Positions 1-8,181 of a stretch of DNA of 37,087 nt are shown piece by piece (position 1 is the stretch's first letter; each line of letters starts with the position of its first letter). The notes under the pieces are model-generated. The model saw nothing but the letters and a program-made list of their open reading frames with translations, searched no databases and was not told where the DNA came from. Both the position numbers and the translations under genes were made by a program. The DNA lies in IMG/VR virus record IMGVR_UViG_3300017909_004743, positions 1 to 37,087 of that record. One strand, 5' to 3'. The DNA comes from a virus. Taxonomy: Duplodnaviria; Caudoviricetes.

Positions 1-171
1 ATCATATGGATAGTTCTGTCCAGTTGTCCATATTAATTTATCCTCTATTGCAACTTTATTCAAACCATCCGTTGAAATGGCAGAAATTCTTATATTATCT
101 TCAAAATCATACATCCCAGAGGTTCTTGATTCAACATTCGCTCCAGATATAAGTCCTCTTGCTCTTGACAT
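1..171 (-). CDS. Partial hypothetical protein (5' end only), probably virion-associated
   Basis: ATG at 171 overlaps the TAA of the upstream ORF (TAATG). Frame MSRARGLISGANVESRTSGMYDFEDNIRISAISTDGFDKVAIEDKLIWTTGQNYPYD stays open to the window edge. Confidence 0.65.
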   Translation of the reverse strand, partial: MSRARGLISGANVESRTSGMYDFEDNIRISAISTDGLNKVAIEDKLIWTTGQNYPYD

Positions 172-530
172 TATGAAATATCCTCATACCCAATAACAAG
201 TTCAAGGTCACTTGCTGCTGATGCGACTGCACGAATAGAGTCACCTTCTTCTAAGTAAAAATATGTATCCTTTGAACACAGAATTTGAGTTGCCCTTGCT
301 GGAACATTAATTTGTTTTGCAATATATCTATCCGTAGCCCCATCGTAAACAGTGACGCTAATATCAGCAGCATTTGTGCCATCAACATTTGCACAAAGGA
401 TGGTGTTAATTTTTAATGCTTTACCACTAGAAGAACCATTACTCAATGCTGCAGCAATAGATGCAGTCACAGCATATCTTGCAGTCTTACCATTAATGGT
501 TGTTGGGTTTTTTAAATTTGGTGCAGCCAT
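171..530 (-). CDS. Small beta-rich virion/fibre-associated protein (119 aa)
   Basis: MAAPN...TTINGKT...YLEEGDSIRA...YEDIS resembles small proteins that follow fibre genes in aquatic phages. Preceded by GGAG SD and CTAAATA late promoter. Confidence 0.65.
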   Translation of the reverse strand: MAAPNLKNPTTINGKTARYAVTASIAAALSNGSSSGKALKINTILCANVDGTNAADISVTVYDGATDRYIAKQINVPARATQILCSKDTYFYLEEGDSIRAVASAASDLELVIGYEDIS

Positions 531-549
531 GTTTTTATCTCCGTAATTA

Positions 550-556
550 TATTTAG
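550..556 (-). promoter_or_regulatory. T4-type late promoter (CTAAATA)
   Basis: TAAATA core overlapping the stop codon of the 1095-aa gene, ~20 nt upstream of the ATG at 530. Confidence 0.6.
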
Positions 557-3500
557 AATATCATTCCCATCATTACTGAACTGGGTCCTTCAGATCCTCC
601 TCCTCCACCACCAGAAGCAGTAACAGTTGCAATACCTCCACTAGCAGTTGCAGTTACATTAGTGCTGAAATTAATTGCAGTAATTCCTGTTCCAACAGAA
701 GTTCCATTATTTTTAACTTCGACACCAGAAATAACTCCAGTTAAATTTGAACCGTCTCCTGAGAAAGACGTTGCAGTAACAATCCCACTAGCAGAATCCA
801 TCGTGATTGCAGTACCAACTTTTATTGTTGTATACGCAGTCAACAAACCAACAGTTGTGACACCACTAATATTAACATTACCAGTAAAGGTTGCAGCAGT
901 TCCAGTAATAATATTATCAGTGGAAGCTACACCAGTTAATCCTGTTCCATCTCCAACAAAACTAGCAGCAGTTATAATGCCACTTGTATTGACAGATGAA
1001 TCTGAGTTTAATGCTGTTGCTATTCCTGCAGATGTTGCAAAACTTACACCACCAACAATATTGTATGCATTAGTGGCATTAGTTACTGATGTAATTCCTG
1101 CAATATTAAGTTTATCATATTTTTGAAATTCAACAACATCTCCATCACTGATAAATGGAGTCATGGTAACGGTTGATCCATCAGAAGCTGTAAAGTCAAC
1201 TCCACTTCTCTGTTTGACGCCGTTTAAGAATACGTCAATAAGACCGACAGTGTATCCACCAGTAATTGTAAAGTCAGTCGTTACTCCAGAGGATGTTTCC
1301 GTCTGTCTAGTAATAGTTGAAGATGGAATATCAACAGTGACAGTTGTTCCAGAACCAACAACTGTTATGCCAGCACCAGTAAAATTAATATCAGTAAATC
1401 CAGTTCCAATACGGACTGAACCAGATTGAATTCCAACACCAGAAATAATATTAGTTAATTGACTACCATCACCTCTAAAACTTGTAGCAGTTATAATACC
1501 AGAAGCATTGATGTTGTTAACATCAAATCCAGAGGCATGTAAATTTTGAGAATAAAATTGTATTCCTTGAGTGTGTCCTAAGGTAAGAGCAGTTCCAACA
1601 TTAACAACATTATTGATACCATCAAGAGTAAGAGAAGAAGTTCCAACTGTTAAAATACCAGTGACTCTTGCATCACCTTGAACCAATAGTGCCGTGTCAC
1701 CAACACCAATCTGAACTGTACCAATGCCAGTACTGATTGTAGAGACGCCTACTACATTAATACCACCCGCTAAAACATCAACACCAGTTCTCGCAGTGAC
1801 AATGCCAAGAGAATCTACGTTCTTTACATCTTCATATGTAACTGTTCCACCAACTGTTACATTACCACTAAAGAATCCATCAACAGCAGTTATAGATCCA
1901 GCAATACTAATATTGTTAGGTACATCATTGGTTCTACCTGCACCATATACAAGAATGGCACCATTTGCAGTTGACTTTTTAAGAACAACAGCAATCTTTT
2001 GTACAAGATGAGTTGGGTCAGTTGGTCTTACATTTGTTAAACCACCACCAGGTGCAACATAAAGTTCATCTCCTACATCAAATGCCTGAGTGTTAACACC
2101 TTCCAGTTCGCCATAAACAATAATTTGACCACTATCATTGTTAGCAAGGTCTGTACTTACAACACCCTTCGCAGGCATAGTTACCGAGCTAGACGCTCTT
2201 GATTCTTCAACATCTAATCTATCAAGTCCACTGTTGTATGCTATCTGATAAACAGGTGTTCCAATAGTTAAGGCATAACCAATATTGTTATTTCTAACAT
2301 CAAGTACAAGTTTTGATGCGGAATCAGCATCTCCACCACTTCCACCACTTAAAGCAGTGCTGGCAATACCAACCCACTTAGAACGCGACTGATCATAAAT
2401 GAGAAGTTTGCCTTCACCTGTTGTCCCATCAAACTCAACATCATCAAGGTCTTTGATGAATCCTGCTCCACCACCACCCATGGTGGACAGTTGTGTTTGG
2501 ATTCTACTAATGAACAACCTGTAGTGTTTTGACAGGTCATCAAGAGTGGCAAATTTTTGATTAAGAGGTGTCAGTGGGTCAGTTTGTCCACCAGCAGTCT
2601 CTTTTTTATTATGTGGTTCATCAAGCAGACCTTCACTTAGATCAATCTGTGTTTTTTTAATTTCTGAAGATATTTTTTTAACATCTTCAAGACAATTTTT
2701 TACACTTACTTTGATAAATCTTACATCTTGCTTAAGTGTCTTGATGTCATCATCATAATATTTGACTTCTGGAAGAGAATTGAACTTTTGCTCTACTTCT
2801 TCTCTAAAATCAGTATAGAAAGAGATAATTTTTTCATCTGTTTTGATACTTTCTTTCTCAATAGACTTAATTTGTTCTTTTAATGTCTGTTTGAGTTTAT
2901 TTTGCTCACTTAATATTGCTTTTTTTAGTTTTCTATCATCATCCTTGAATTCTTTGTGATGATCGTAAACTCTGAGGGTCATTTCCCTCAGTTCTTTGTA
3001 GATTTTGTCTTTTGTTTCAGTTAATCTATTGTTTGTTGTGTCTAAATTCTCTGAAAGAGTCTTTGAATCCACTCTTTGCTCAAAATCCTTGGTCTCAATG
3101 ACCTCATTTAATTCAGAAACCCTTGAACTAATAGTTTCTTTTATGAAATCAAGATGACTTTGAACTTTTTTGAAGTCATCATCAATAACTCCAAAGGTTT
3201 TTCCAATCCATGAGAAGTCTGGGACCTCATTTACCTCATTAACCCACTTTGGAAAGGTGGGAATGTTGTCATTTACCTCTTCAATCCTTGATTTAAGGAC
3301 ATCAAGGTCATTTTCATAGTATTTTACCTCAGGAAGAGACTCAATTTCTTCCTTAATTCTTGAAATTTTGTTATAAATTAACTCAATATCACCTTCATAG
3401 TACCTAATTTCAGGCACTTCAGGGATTTTTTGCTCAATTTCAGATAATTTTACCTCAAATTGCTCATTTTTTGCCTTTAAATCATAAATTTTGTCACTTT

Positions 3501-3840
3501 TTAAGTCATACTGTGAGAAATTTTCTTGAATTTCTGCAATTTTTTCACTTATTTCACCAATTTCTACATCATATGACTTAATTTCAGGTATTTCAGGTAT
3601 ATCCTTCCTTACATCATTGACTAATTTGACCAGTTCTTGCCATTCTGGTGCTTTTATAACGTCAATAACCTCTGCAAATGTGTTTCCATTTGCATCCTCA
3701 ATGGTTTCTTCTTCTACATGAGTCTTATATTCTTCTACAGATGGTAATTCTTTCTCTTCTTCAATAAAATCTTTATAAGAGGGAAGCTCACTATCCTCTA
3801 GATAATCATTTATTGACGGCAAGTCCTCTTTCTTAGACAT
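553..3840 (-). CDS. Mosaic fibre-like structural protein: acidic coiled-coil N-half plus Gly/Thr/Ser-rich fibre modules (1095 aa)
   Basis: Repeated LPEVKYY-like motifs in the N-half, a GGGGAGFIKDLDDV junction, and repeated SGIITATSFxGDGSxLT fibre motifs. Lies directly downstream of gp16. Confidence 0.7.
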   Translation of the reverse strand: MSKKEDLPSINDYLEDSELPSYKDFIEEEKELPSVEEYKTHVEEETIEDANGNTFAEVIDVIKAPEWQELVKLVNDVRKDIPEIPEIKSYDVEIGEISEKIAEIQENFSQYDLKSDKIYDLKAKNEQFEVKLSEIEQKIPEVPEIRYYEGDIELIYNKISRIKEEIESLPEVKYYENDLDVLKSRIEEVNDNIPTFPKWVNEVNEVPDFSWIGKTFGVIDDDFKKVQSHLDFIKETISSRVSELNEVIETKDFEQRVDSKTLSENLDTTNNRLTETKDKIYKELREMTLRVYDHHKEFKDDDRKLKKAILSEQNKLKQTLKEQIKSIEKESIKTDEKIISFYTDFREEVEQKFNSLPEVKYYDDDIKTLKQDVRFIKVSVKNCLEDVKKISSEIKKTQIDLSEGLLDEPHNKKETAGGQTDPLTPLNQKFATLDDLSKHYRLFISRIQTQLSTMGGGGAGFIKDLDDVEFDGTTGEGKLLIYDQSRSKWVGIASTALSGGSGGDADSASKLVLDVRNNNIGYALTIGTPVYQIAYNSGLDRLDVEESRASSSVTMPAKGVVSTDLANNDSGQIIVYGELEGVNTQAFDVGDELYVAPGGGLTNVRPTDPTHLVQKIAVVLKKSTANGAILVYGAGRTNDVPNNISIAGSITAVDGFFSGNVTVGGTVTYEDVKNVDSLGIVTARTGVDVLAGGINVVGVSTISTGIGTVQIGVGDTALLVQGDARVTGILTVGTSSLTLDGINNVVNVGTALTLGHTQGIQFYSQNLHASGFDVNNINASGIITATSFRGDGSQLTNIISGVGIQSGSVRIGTGFTDINFTGAGITVVGSGTTVTVDIPSSTITRQTETSSGVTTDFTITGGYTVGLIDVFLNGVKQRSGVDFTASDGSTVTMTPFISDGDVVEFQKYDKLNIAGITSVTNATNAYNIVGGVSFATSAGIATALNSDSSVNTSGIITAASFVGDGTGLTGVASTDNIITGTAATFTGNVNISGVTTVGLLTAYTTIKVGTAITMDSASGIVTATSFSGDGSNLTGVISGVEVKNNGTSVGTGITAINFSTNVTATASGGIATVTASGGGGGGSEGPSSVMMGMIF

Positions 3841-3881
3841 TTTATTAGTAACAATACTTTGGGATTTCTCTCCCTGATGTA

Positions 3882-4256
3882 TTATTTATCAGTATTATTA
3901 TTCTTAAGTAATTTTTGGAGTTCTGCTGTTGAACCAACAAACAAAGCATTATTGACTGTGGTTGGACCCTTACTTATTTTCTCCTCCTCTACATCTTTTA
4001 ATTTCTGTTGAAGGGTCATCAATTTATCAGTTGCATCAGCAACATTCTTGATTAACTGACCAGCAACCTCATATGCTCTTGGCATCTCACTTTCTTGAGC
4101 AAGTTCTAAGATGCCATTTATTGCTTCTTGTCCTTTTTCAATAATAGAATATAAATTACCCCTGGTATATTCATAATCTTTTTCTACATCACCTTTGGTA
4201 AGATGACCAGGTTTCTCTTTACCAGGAGTCACATCTATAATATTATCTTCAATCAT
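3882..4256 (-). CDS. gp16: Terminase small subunit
   Basis: DYEYTRGNLY...PRAYEVAGQLIK...NNALFVGSTAELQKLLK are characteristic of cyanophage gp16; follows gp15. Confidence 0.92.
   Translation of the reverse strand: MIEDNIIDVTPGKEKPGHLTKGDVEKDYEYTRGNLYSIIEKGQEAINGILELAQESEMPRAYEVAGQLIKNVADATDKLMTLQQKLKDVEEEKISKGPTTVNNALFVGSTAELQKLLKNNNTDK
3883..3890 (-). promoter_or_regulatory. T4-type late promoter (GATAAATA)
   Basis: ATAAATA overlapping the end of gp16, ~40 nt upstream of the ATG at 3840. Confidence 0.6.
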
Positions 4257-5260
4257 CAGAAGGTGCTCCCATCAAATCCAAAGTTATCCCCAATATCAAT
4301 AAAGTTGGCATCTGCTACCTCAATACCAAAGACAGATGATCCAAGAACATGATTTTTAGCAGTGGTTTTATCTTGTCCTCTCTTGACAGTAATCTTATTA
4401 CCATCAACCTTTTCAACAAACATCTCCTCATCACCAATTGTGATATACTCTTTCACAGTGATTGCTGAACCATTTGCCACTGTAATTACAGTTTCTGTAG
4501 TATCAATATCCTCAGCAATCTCAGTTAATATATTTCCACTATAATCTTTGGTTGCTCTAGGAACAACACTGTAAGTGACATCTCTATTATATGTTTGACC
4601 AGCATTCCTACTACCAGAAACATATCCAATCTGCACCTTCTTGATTACATCATTAGAAACATCAGTGATAGGACCATACAGATATGTTTTAGCAGAGAAT
4701 CTTATGGTATATACAAGTGCTCTTCTTGTGTCAAAGTTACCTTCATAATCATCCTCCATAGAAATACTTTCAATTTGAACAGGAACATTTACAACTTCTC
4801 TCAAGTCACCGAGAAGTTTGATAGGAAGTGTATATGAAGGTTGGAAGTAAGGTAATATCTGTTCAGTGATTTGAAGCATGTCATCATTTAACTTTGTCAT
4901 AATTGACAGTTCAAATCCCATGTTATATGGAACAGGCATATAAACTTTTTTTACCTTGGTTCCACTATCTGTTACAGGATGAAATGCTTGTGTTTGAGTT
5001 GCTTTTCTGCCAGGATCATATTGAAGATCAGTAAACTCAAATGACATTCTAGGAAGAGTCATCTGAACTGGTTTATTCAGATCTTCTTGCTGCTCCAATC
5101 TTGCCAGGAATTTTTGTGTAGGTCCATAAGAAAGGGGAACTTTAATGACACTATAAGTATCATTATTTGCATCTTTCTTATGAATTTCAATTCCATTAAA
5201 GAGAGATCCAAATCCAATGATTACAGATCTAAAGATTTCGTTATAGAAATGCTCAAACAT
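4256..5260 (-). CDS. gp15: Tail sheath stabilizer / tail terminator with C-terminal extra domain
   Basis: FYNEIFRSVIIGFGSLFN, VPLSYGPTQKFLARL, LPRMSFE and QITEQILPYFQP motifs; gp13-14-15-16 gene order. Confidence 0.93.
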   Translation of the reverse strand: MFEHFYNEIFRSVIIGFGSLFNGIEIHKKDANNDTYSVIKVPLSYGPTQKFLARLEQQEDLNKPVQMTLPRMSFEFTDLQYDPGRKATQTQAFHPVTDSGTKVKKVYMPVPYNMGFELSIMTKLNDDMLQITEQILPYFQPSYTLPIKLLGDLREVVNVPVQIESISMEDDYEGNFDTRRALVYTIRFSAKTYLYGPITDVSNDVIKKVQIGYVSGSRNAGQTYNRDVTYSVVPRATKDYSGNILTEIAEDIDTTETVITVANGSAITVKEYITIGDEEMFVEKVDGNKITVKRGQDKTTAKNHVLGSSVFGIEVADANFIDIGDNFGFDGSTF

Positions 5261-5282
5261 GGTGTCACCACTATTACAATAC

Positions 5283-5289
5283 TATTTAA
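5283..5289 (-). promoter_or_regulatory. T4-type late promoter (TTAAATA)
   Basis: TAAATA in the gp14-gp15 gap, ~22 nt upstream of the gp15 ATG. Confidence 0.6.
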
Positions 5290-5300
5290 CAACTTTTTTT

Positions 5301-6689
5301 TTAAGGCATTCCAAAGGGATTAGCTTTAGTAAAGTCAATTATTTCATCTGCTTTTGTCTCAATGTTGTCATTATCAGCAAATGGGTCGTTGGTATCATCC
5401 TTCTGTTGCTTCCTAATCACATAGGATGCTCCTGATTCTTCACCAACAATGGACTCACCAAATGTAAATGCTCCATCTACAATAGAAACTTCCAGGGTGT
5501 TATTAACAGCATCATATTCCTTAACTCTTGCTGTTGTTCCTGAATTAGAACCTGTTACAATTTCATTAAAGATGTAACTTCCAGAAGCAGCATTGGTGGG
5601 TGGTGCATCAATTGTAACTGTGGGAGCAGATGTATAACCATACCCAGGATTGGTGATGAATACTGCTGTAACAATACCAGCAGAATTGATATGTCCAATA
5701 CCTTGTGCTGATACTCCTATTCCAGGAGCAGAGAATGTTAAAGTAGGATTGTCAACATATCCATTACCATTGTTTGTTATGGTAAGAGAATTCACACTAT
5801 TCAGGGTAGTGATACCAACAGTTGCTGCTGCCCCAGAACCACCTCCACCAGTAAATTGTATGAGAGGAGCAACTGTATAACCAGAGCCAACATTTGTGAT
5901 GAGAATTGATTGTACTCCACCACCTTTTCTTCCATCACACTGAACGTAGTCATTTGTTAAGTTGGCAACACCAGTAGCAGTAACACCACCTGATGGTGCA
6001 GATGAGAATCCAACAATAGGTCTGCTGTCATAATCAACACCCATATTTGTTATTGTTGGAACAGTGATACCTCCACCCTGAGTGTTAATACCAGCAGTAG
6101 CAGTAGCAGTGATTGACTGACCAATCAGAGTAAGTGTTTGAATATAACCAATCTGCTCTAATTCATCATCAATAGTCTCTACACCAGTATCAAGAACCTC
6201 ATCTTCATATCTGTAGAGTTGACACTTCAGAGTGTAAACATAGTTTTTCTGAAGTTGATAGAATGGTTGCTCATGTTCTACATAATTAATTTCAAACAAT
6301 CTATCACCTAGTGGGAAGTAAATTAAATCACCTTCTTTTGGTCTAGTTGCTAATTCAATATTTGGAATATTTTTAATCAGTGGACTAATATAACTTTCAT
6401 ATCTATCTTTTGATACAACTAAGGTCAAATCATCTCGTTCTTCAATACCAAACTTTGACAGAATTGTTCCCTGACCACCATATCCATCATAACTGTCAAG
6501 ATATGCTTCTATAGGATATGCACTATCAAACTCAGATTGAATCACTTCTCTGATGACAGTGTTTTTCTTGACATACCTTCTTGGGATATAATATATTTCA
6601 ATCCCATACATCTTCAACTGTTCGTTGACCAAACTTTGTATGAGATTCTGCTCTTGTTTAGAGTTGTTTAGAAAATATGGATTGAGCAT
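5301..6689 (-). CDS. gp14: Neck protein gp14 with internal Gly/Thr-rich insertion
   Basis: LNPYF, EQNLIQSLVNEQLKMYG, RPKEGDLIYFPL, PFYQL and the C-terminal IIDF..ANPFG motif. Confidence 0.92.
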   Translation of the reverse strand: MLNPYFLNNSKQEQNLIQSLVNEQLKMYGIEIYYIPRRYVKKNTVIREVIQSEFDSAYPIEAYLDSYDGYGGQGTILSKFGIEERDDLTLVVSKDRYESYISPLIKNIPNIELATRPKEGDLIYFPLGDRLFEINYVEHEQPFYQLQKNYVYTLKCQLYRYEDEVLDTGVETIDDELEQIGYIQTLTLIGQSITATATAGINTQGGGITVPTITNMGVDYDSRPIVGFSSAPSGGVTATGVANLTNDYVQCDGRKGGGVQSILITNVGSGYTVAPLIQFTGGGGSGAAATVGITTLNSVNSLTITNNGNGYVDNPTLTFSAPGIGVSAQGIGHINSAGIVTAVFITNPGYGYTSAPTVTIDAPPTNAASGSYIFNEIVTGSNSGTTARVKEYDAVNNTLEVSIVDGAFTFGESIVGEESGASYVIRKQQKDDTNDPFADNDNIETKADEIIDFTKANPFGMP

Positions 6690-6693
6690 AACA

Positions 6694-7557
6694 TCAACCT
6701 ATCATATCCATTGGTGGTAATTCATACTTACTAAGCATTTCAACCTTGATTTCATCAAGTTCTCTTTGACCATCATCAAAGAGTTGCCTTCCATTAAACT
6801 CAATACCTCCAGGTAGTTTTACACCAGTGAATTTAATAAGGTTTTGACCCCACTGTCTCTTAATTAGGGCAGTCAAATATCTCTTAAGGAATGGATCATT
6901 ATATACTCTTGTATAGTCATTAGGATTTAATGCTCTGTAGCATTCAAGAATAATAAACTCATCTTCCTTCAAATTATCCCAATCAACATCAAGATACATT
7001 CTATCTTGTCTGATATTAAATCTAATTCTCTTATGAGTATTCAAGAGATAATCCATTGTCTCCAGATAACTCATTGACATTTGATATGATAGTAGGTCAG
7101 TGCTTCCAAAGTAGTAAATGTCATTCAAGAACAATTGGTACTTGAAACTAAACATATTAGAACTACTTGCTGCCTGAGCATCATCATACTTAAAAATCTT
7201 TTCAATACCTATTACTTGAGGTGGAATCTGAATGTAATTGCTATTCTCATAATAAACAAAGTTTGTAGAATCACCACCAACTGTGGTATTTACTGTGGTT
7301 GATGTAATTCCAGTCTGTGTGGTGGCACTTGATGCTCCTGGAGGTCTTGCTTTACCCCTCTCAACATCTTTTTCAGTAATTTGATATTTTAAAAATGTCT
7401 TTTCAACACCATCATAATGCCTTTCTTGAAAATATTGAATGGCATCATCCATCAAGTCTTGAAGTTGTTCTTCAGCAACATTAATTTCTAATACAGGGGC
7501 ACCCAACTGTCTCAAACAGTAATCTATAAGTTCTTGTCTAGATGAAGGTTGTGCCAT
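6694..7557 (-). CDS. gp13: Neck protein gp13
   Basis: SRQELIDYCLRQLGAPVLEINV and ALIKRQWGQNLIKFTGVKLPGGIEFNG motifs. Confidence 0.95.
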   Translation of the reverse strand: MAQPSSRQELIDYCLRQLGAPVLEINVAEEQLQDLMDDAIQYFQERHYDGVEKTFLKYQITEKDVERGKARPPGASSATTQTGITSTTVNTTVGGDSTNFVYYENSNYIQIPPQVIGIEKIFKYDDAQAASSSNMFSFKYQLFLNDIYYFGSTDLLSYQMSMSYLETMDYLLNTHKRIRFNIRQDRMYLDVDWDNLKEDEFIILECYRALNPNDYTRVYNDPFLKRYLTALIKRQWGQNLIKFTGVKLPGGIEFNGRQLFDDGQRELDEIKVEMLSKYELPPMDMIG

Positions 7558-7577
7558 TATACACTTATTTTATTAAA

Positions 7578-7585
7578 TATTTATG
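7578..7585 (-). promoter_or_regulatory. T4-type late promoter (CATAAATA)
   Basis: Overlaps the upstream stop codon, ~20 nt before the gp13 ATG. Confidence 0.6.
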
Positions 7586-7967
7586 GTATGGGAAGACCTT
7601 CTTCTACCAATACGTTACCAGTCACCATCTTGAAAACAGTAGATGCTGAACTTACTGCATTAATATCAAAGAAGTATCTTCCTGGATTTAAAGAAGCAGT
7701 AACAGTATCAGTAAGGGAAAGAGAGAACTGACCAGCAGCAGCAGATGTTATACCGCTTGTGAAAGAGGTAATTCCACCTGATGAAGATCCAATAGAAACA
7801 CTTTTTTTCAATCTACCTACAACAGTGTAACCTGTTAAATCAAAGGCAGACTTGTCTTCTTTATTAACTTGAAATGTTGATTTAAAATCAGCACCTTCAT
7901 ATATGGTGAGATTTACACCATACGCAGCATTAGAATCAGGGTTAAAGTTTATTGTATTGTTAGCCAT
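7581..7967 (-). CDS. Small virion structural protein, probable beta-sandwich (128 aa)
   Basis: NLTIYEGADF...DLTGYT...LSLTDTVTASLNPGRYFFDI pattern is typical of small cyanophage structural proteins; lies in the late operon. Confidence 0.7.
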   Translation of the reverse strand: MANNTINFNPDSNAAYGVNLTIYEGADFKSTFQVNKEDKSAFDLTGYTVVGRLKKSVSIGSSSGGITSFTSGITSAAAGQFSLSLTDTVTASLNPGRYFFDINAVSSASTVFKMVTGNVLVEEGLPIP

Positions 7968-8181
7968 TGATTACTGCTTTTAACATTGATTTGATTTCAT
8001 CTATGTCACCTTTTAAATCATCAACTTTTTTCTCAAGGGAGTCAACTCTTTCTGTATTAGATTTAAGTTTCTCCCTATTTTTTATGTATGCTTGAAATTC
8101 ATTTTTATTTGTATTAATGATGGCATTATTTTTGCCATCTCTGGACAAATTTTTATTGCCCTCAACAGGAATGTAACTCAT
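7960..8181 (-). CDS. Conserved hypothetical protein with C-terminal coiled coil (73 aa)
   Basis: Overlaps both neighbours; heptad pattern RVDSLEKKVDDLKGDIDEIKSMLK. Confidence 0.75.
   Translation of the reverse strand: MSYIPVEGNKNLSRDGKNNAIINTNKNEFQAYIKNREKLKSNTERVDSLEKKVDDLKGDIDEIKSMLKAVING

Noticed and set aside
553-2400. Diversity-generating retroelement target in the fibre gene
   Set aside because: No reverse transcriptase and no template/variable repeat pair differing at adenines seen in the window.
3861-3874. GGGA/TCCC hairpin in the leader of the 1095-aa gene
   Set aside because: Only a 4-bp stem with no U-tract; too weak to call.
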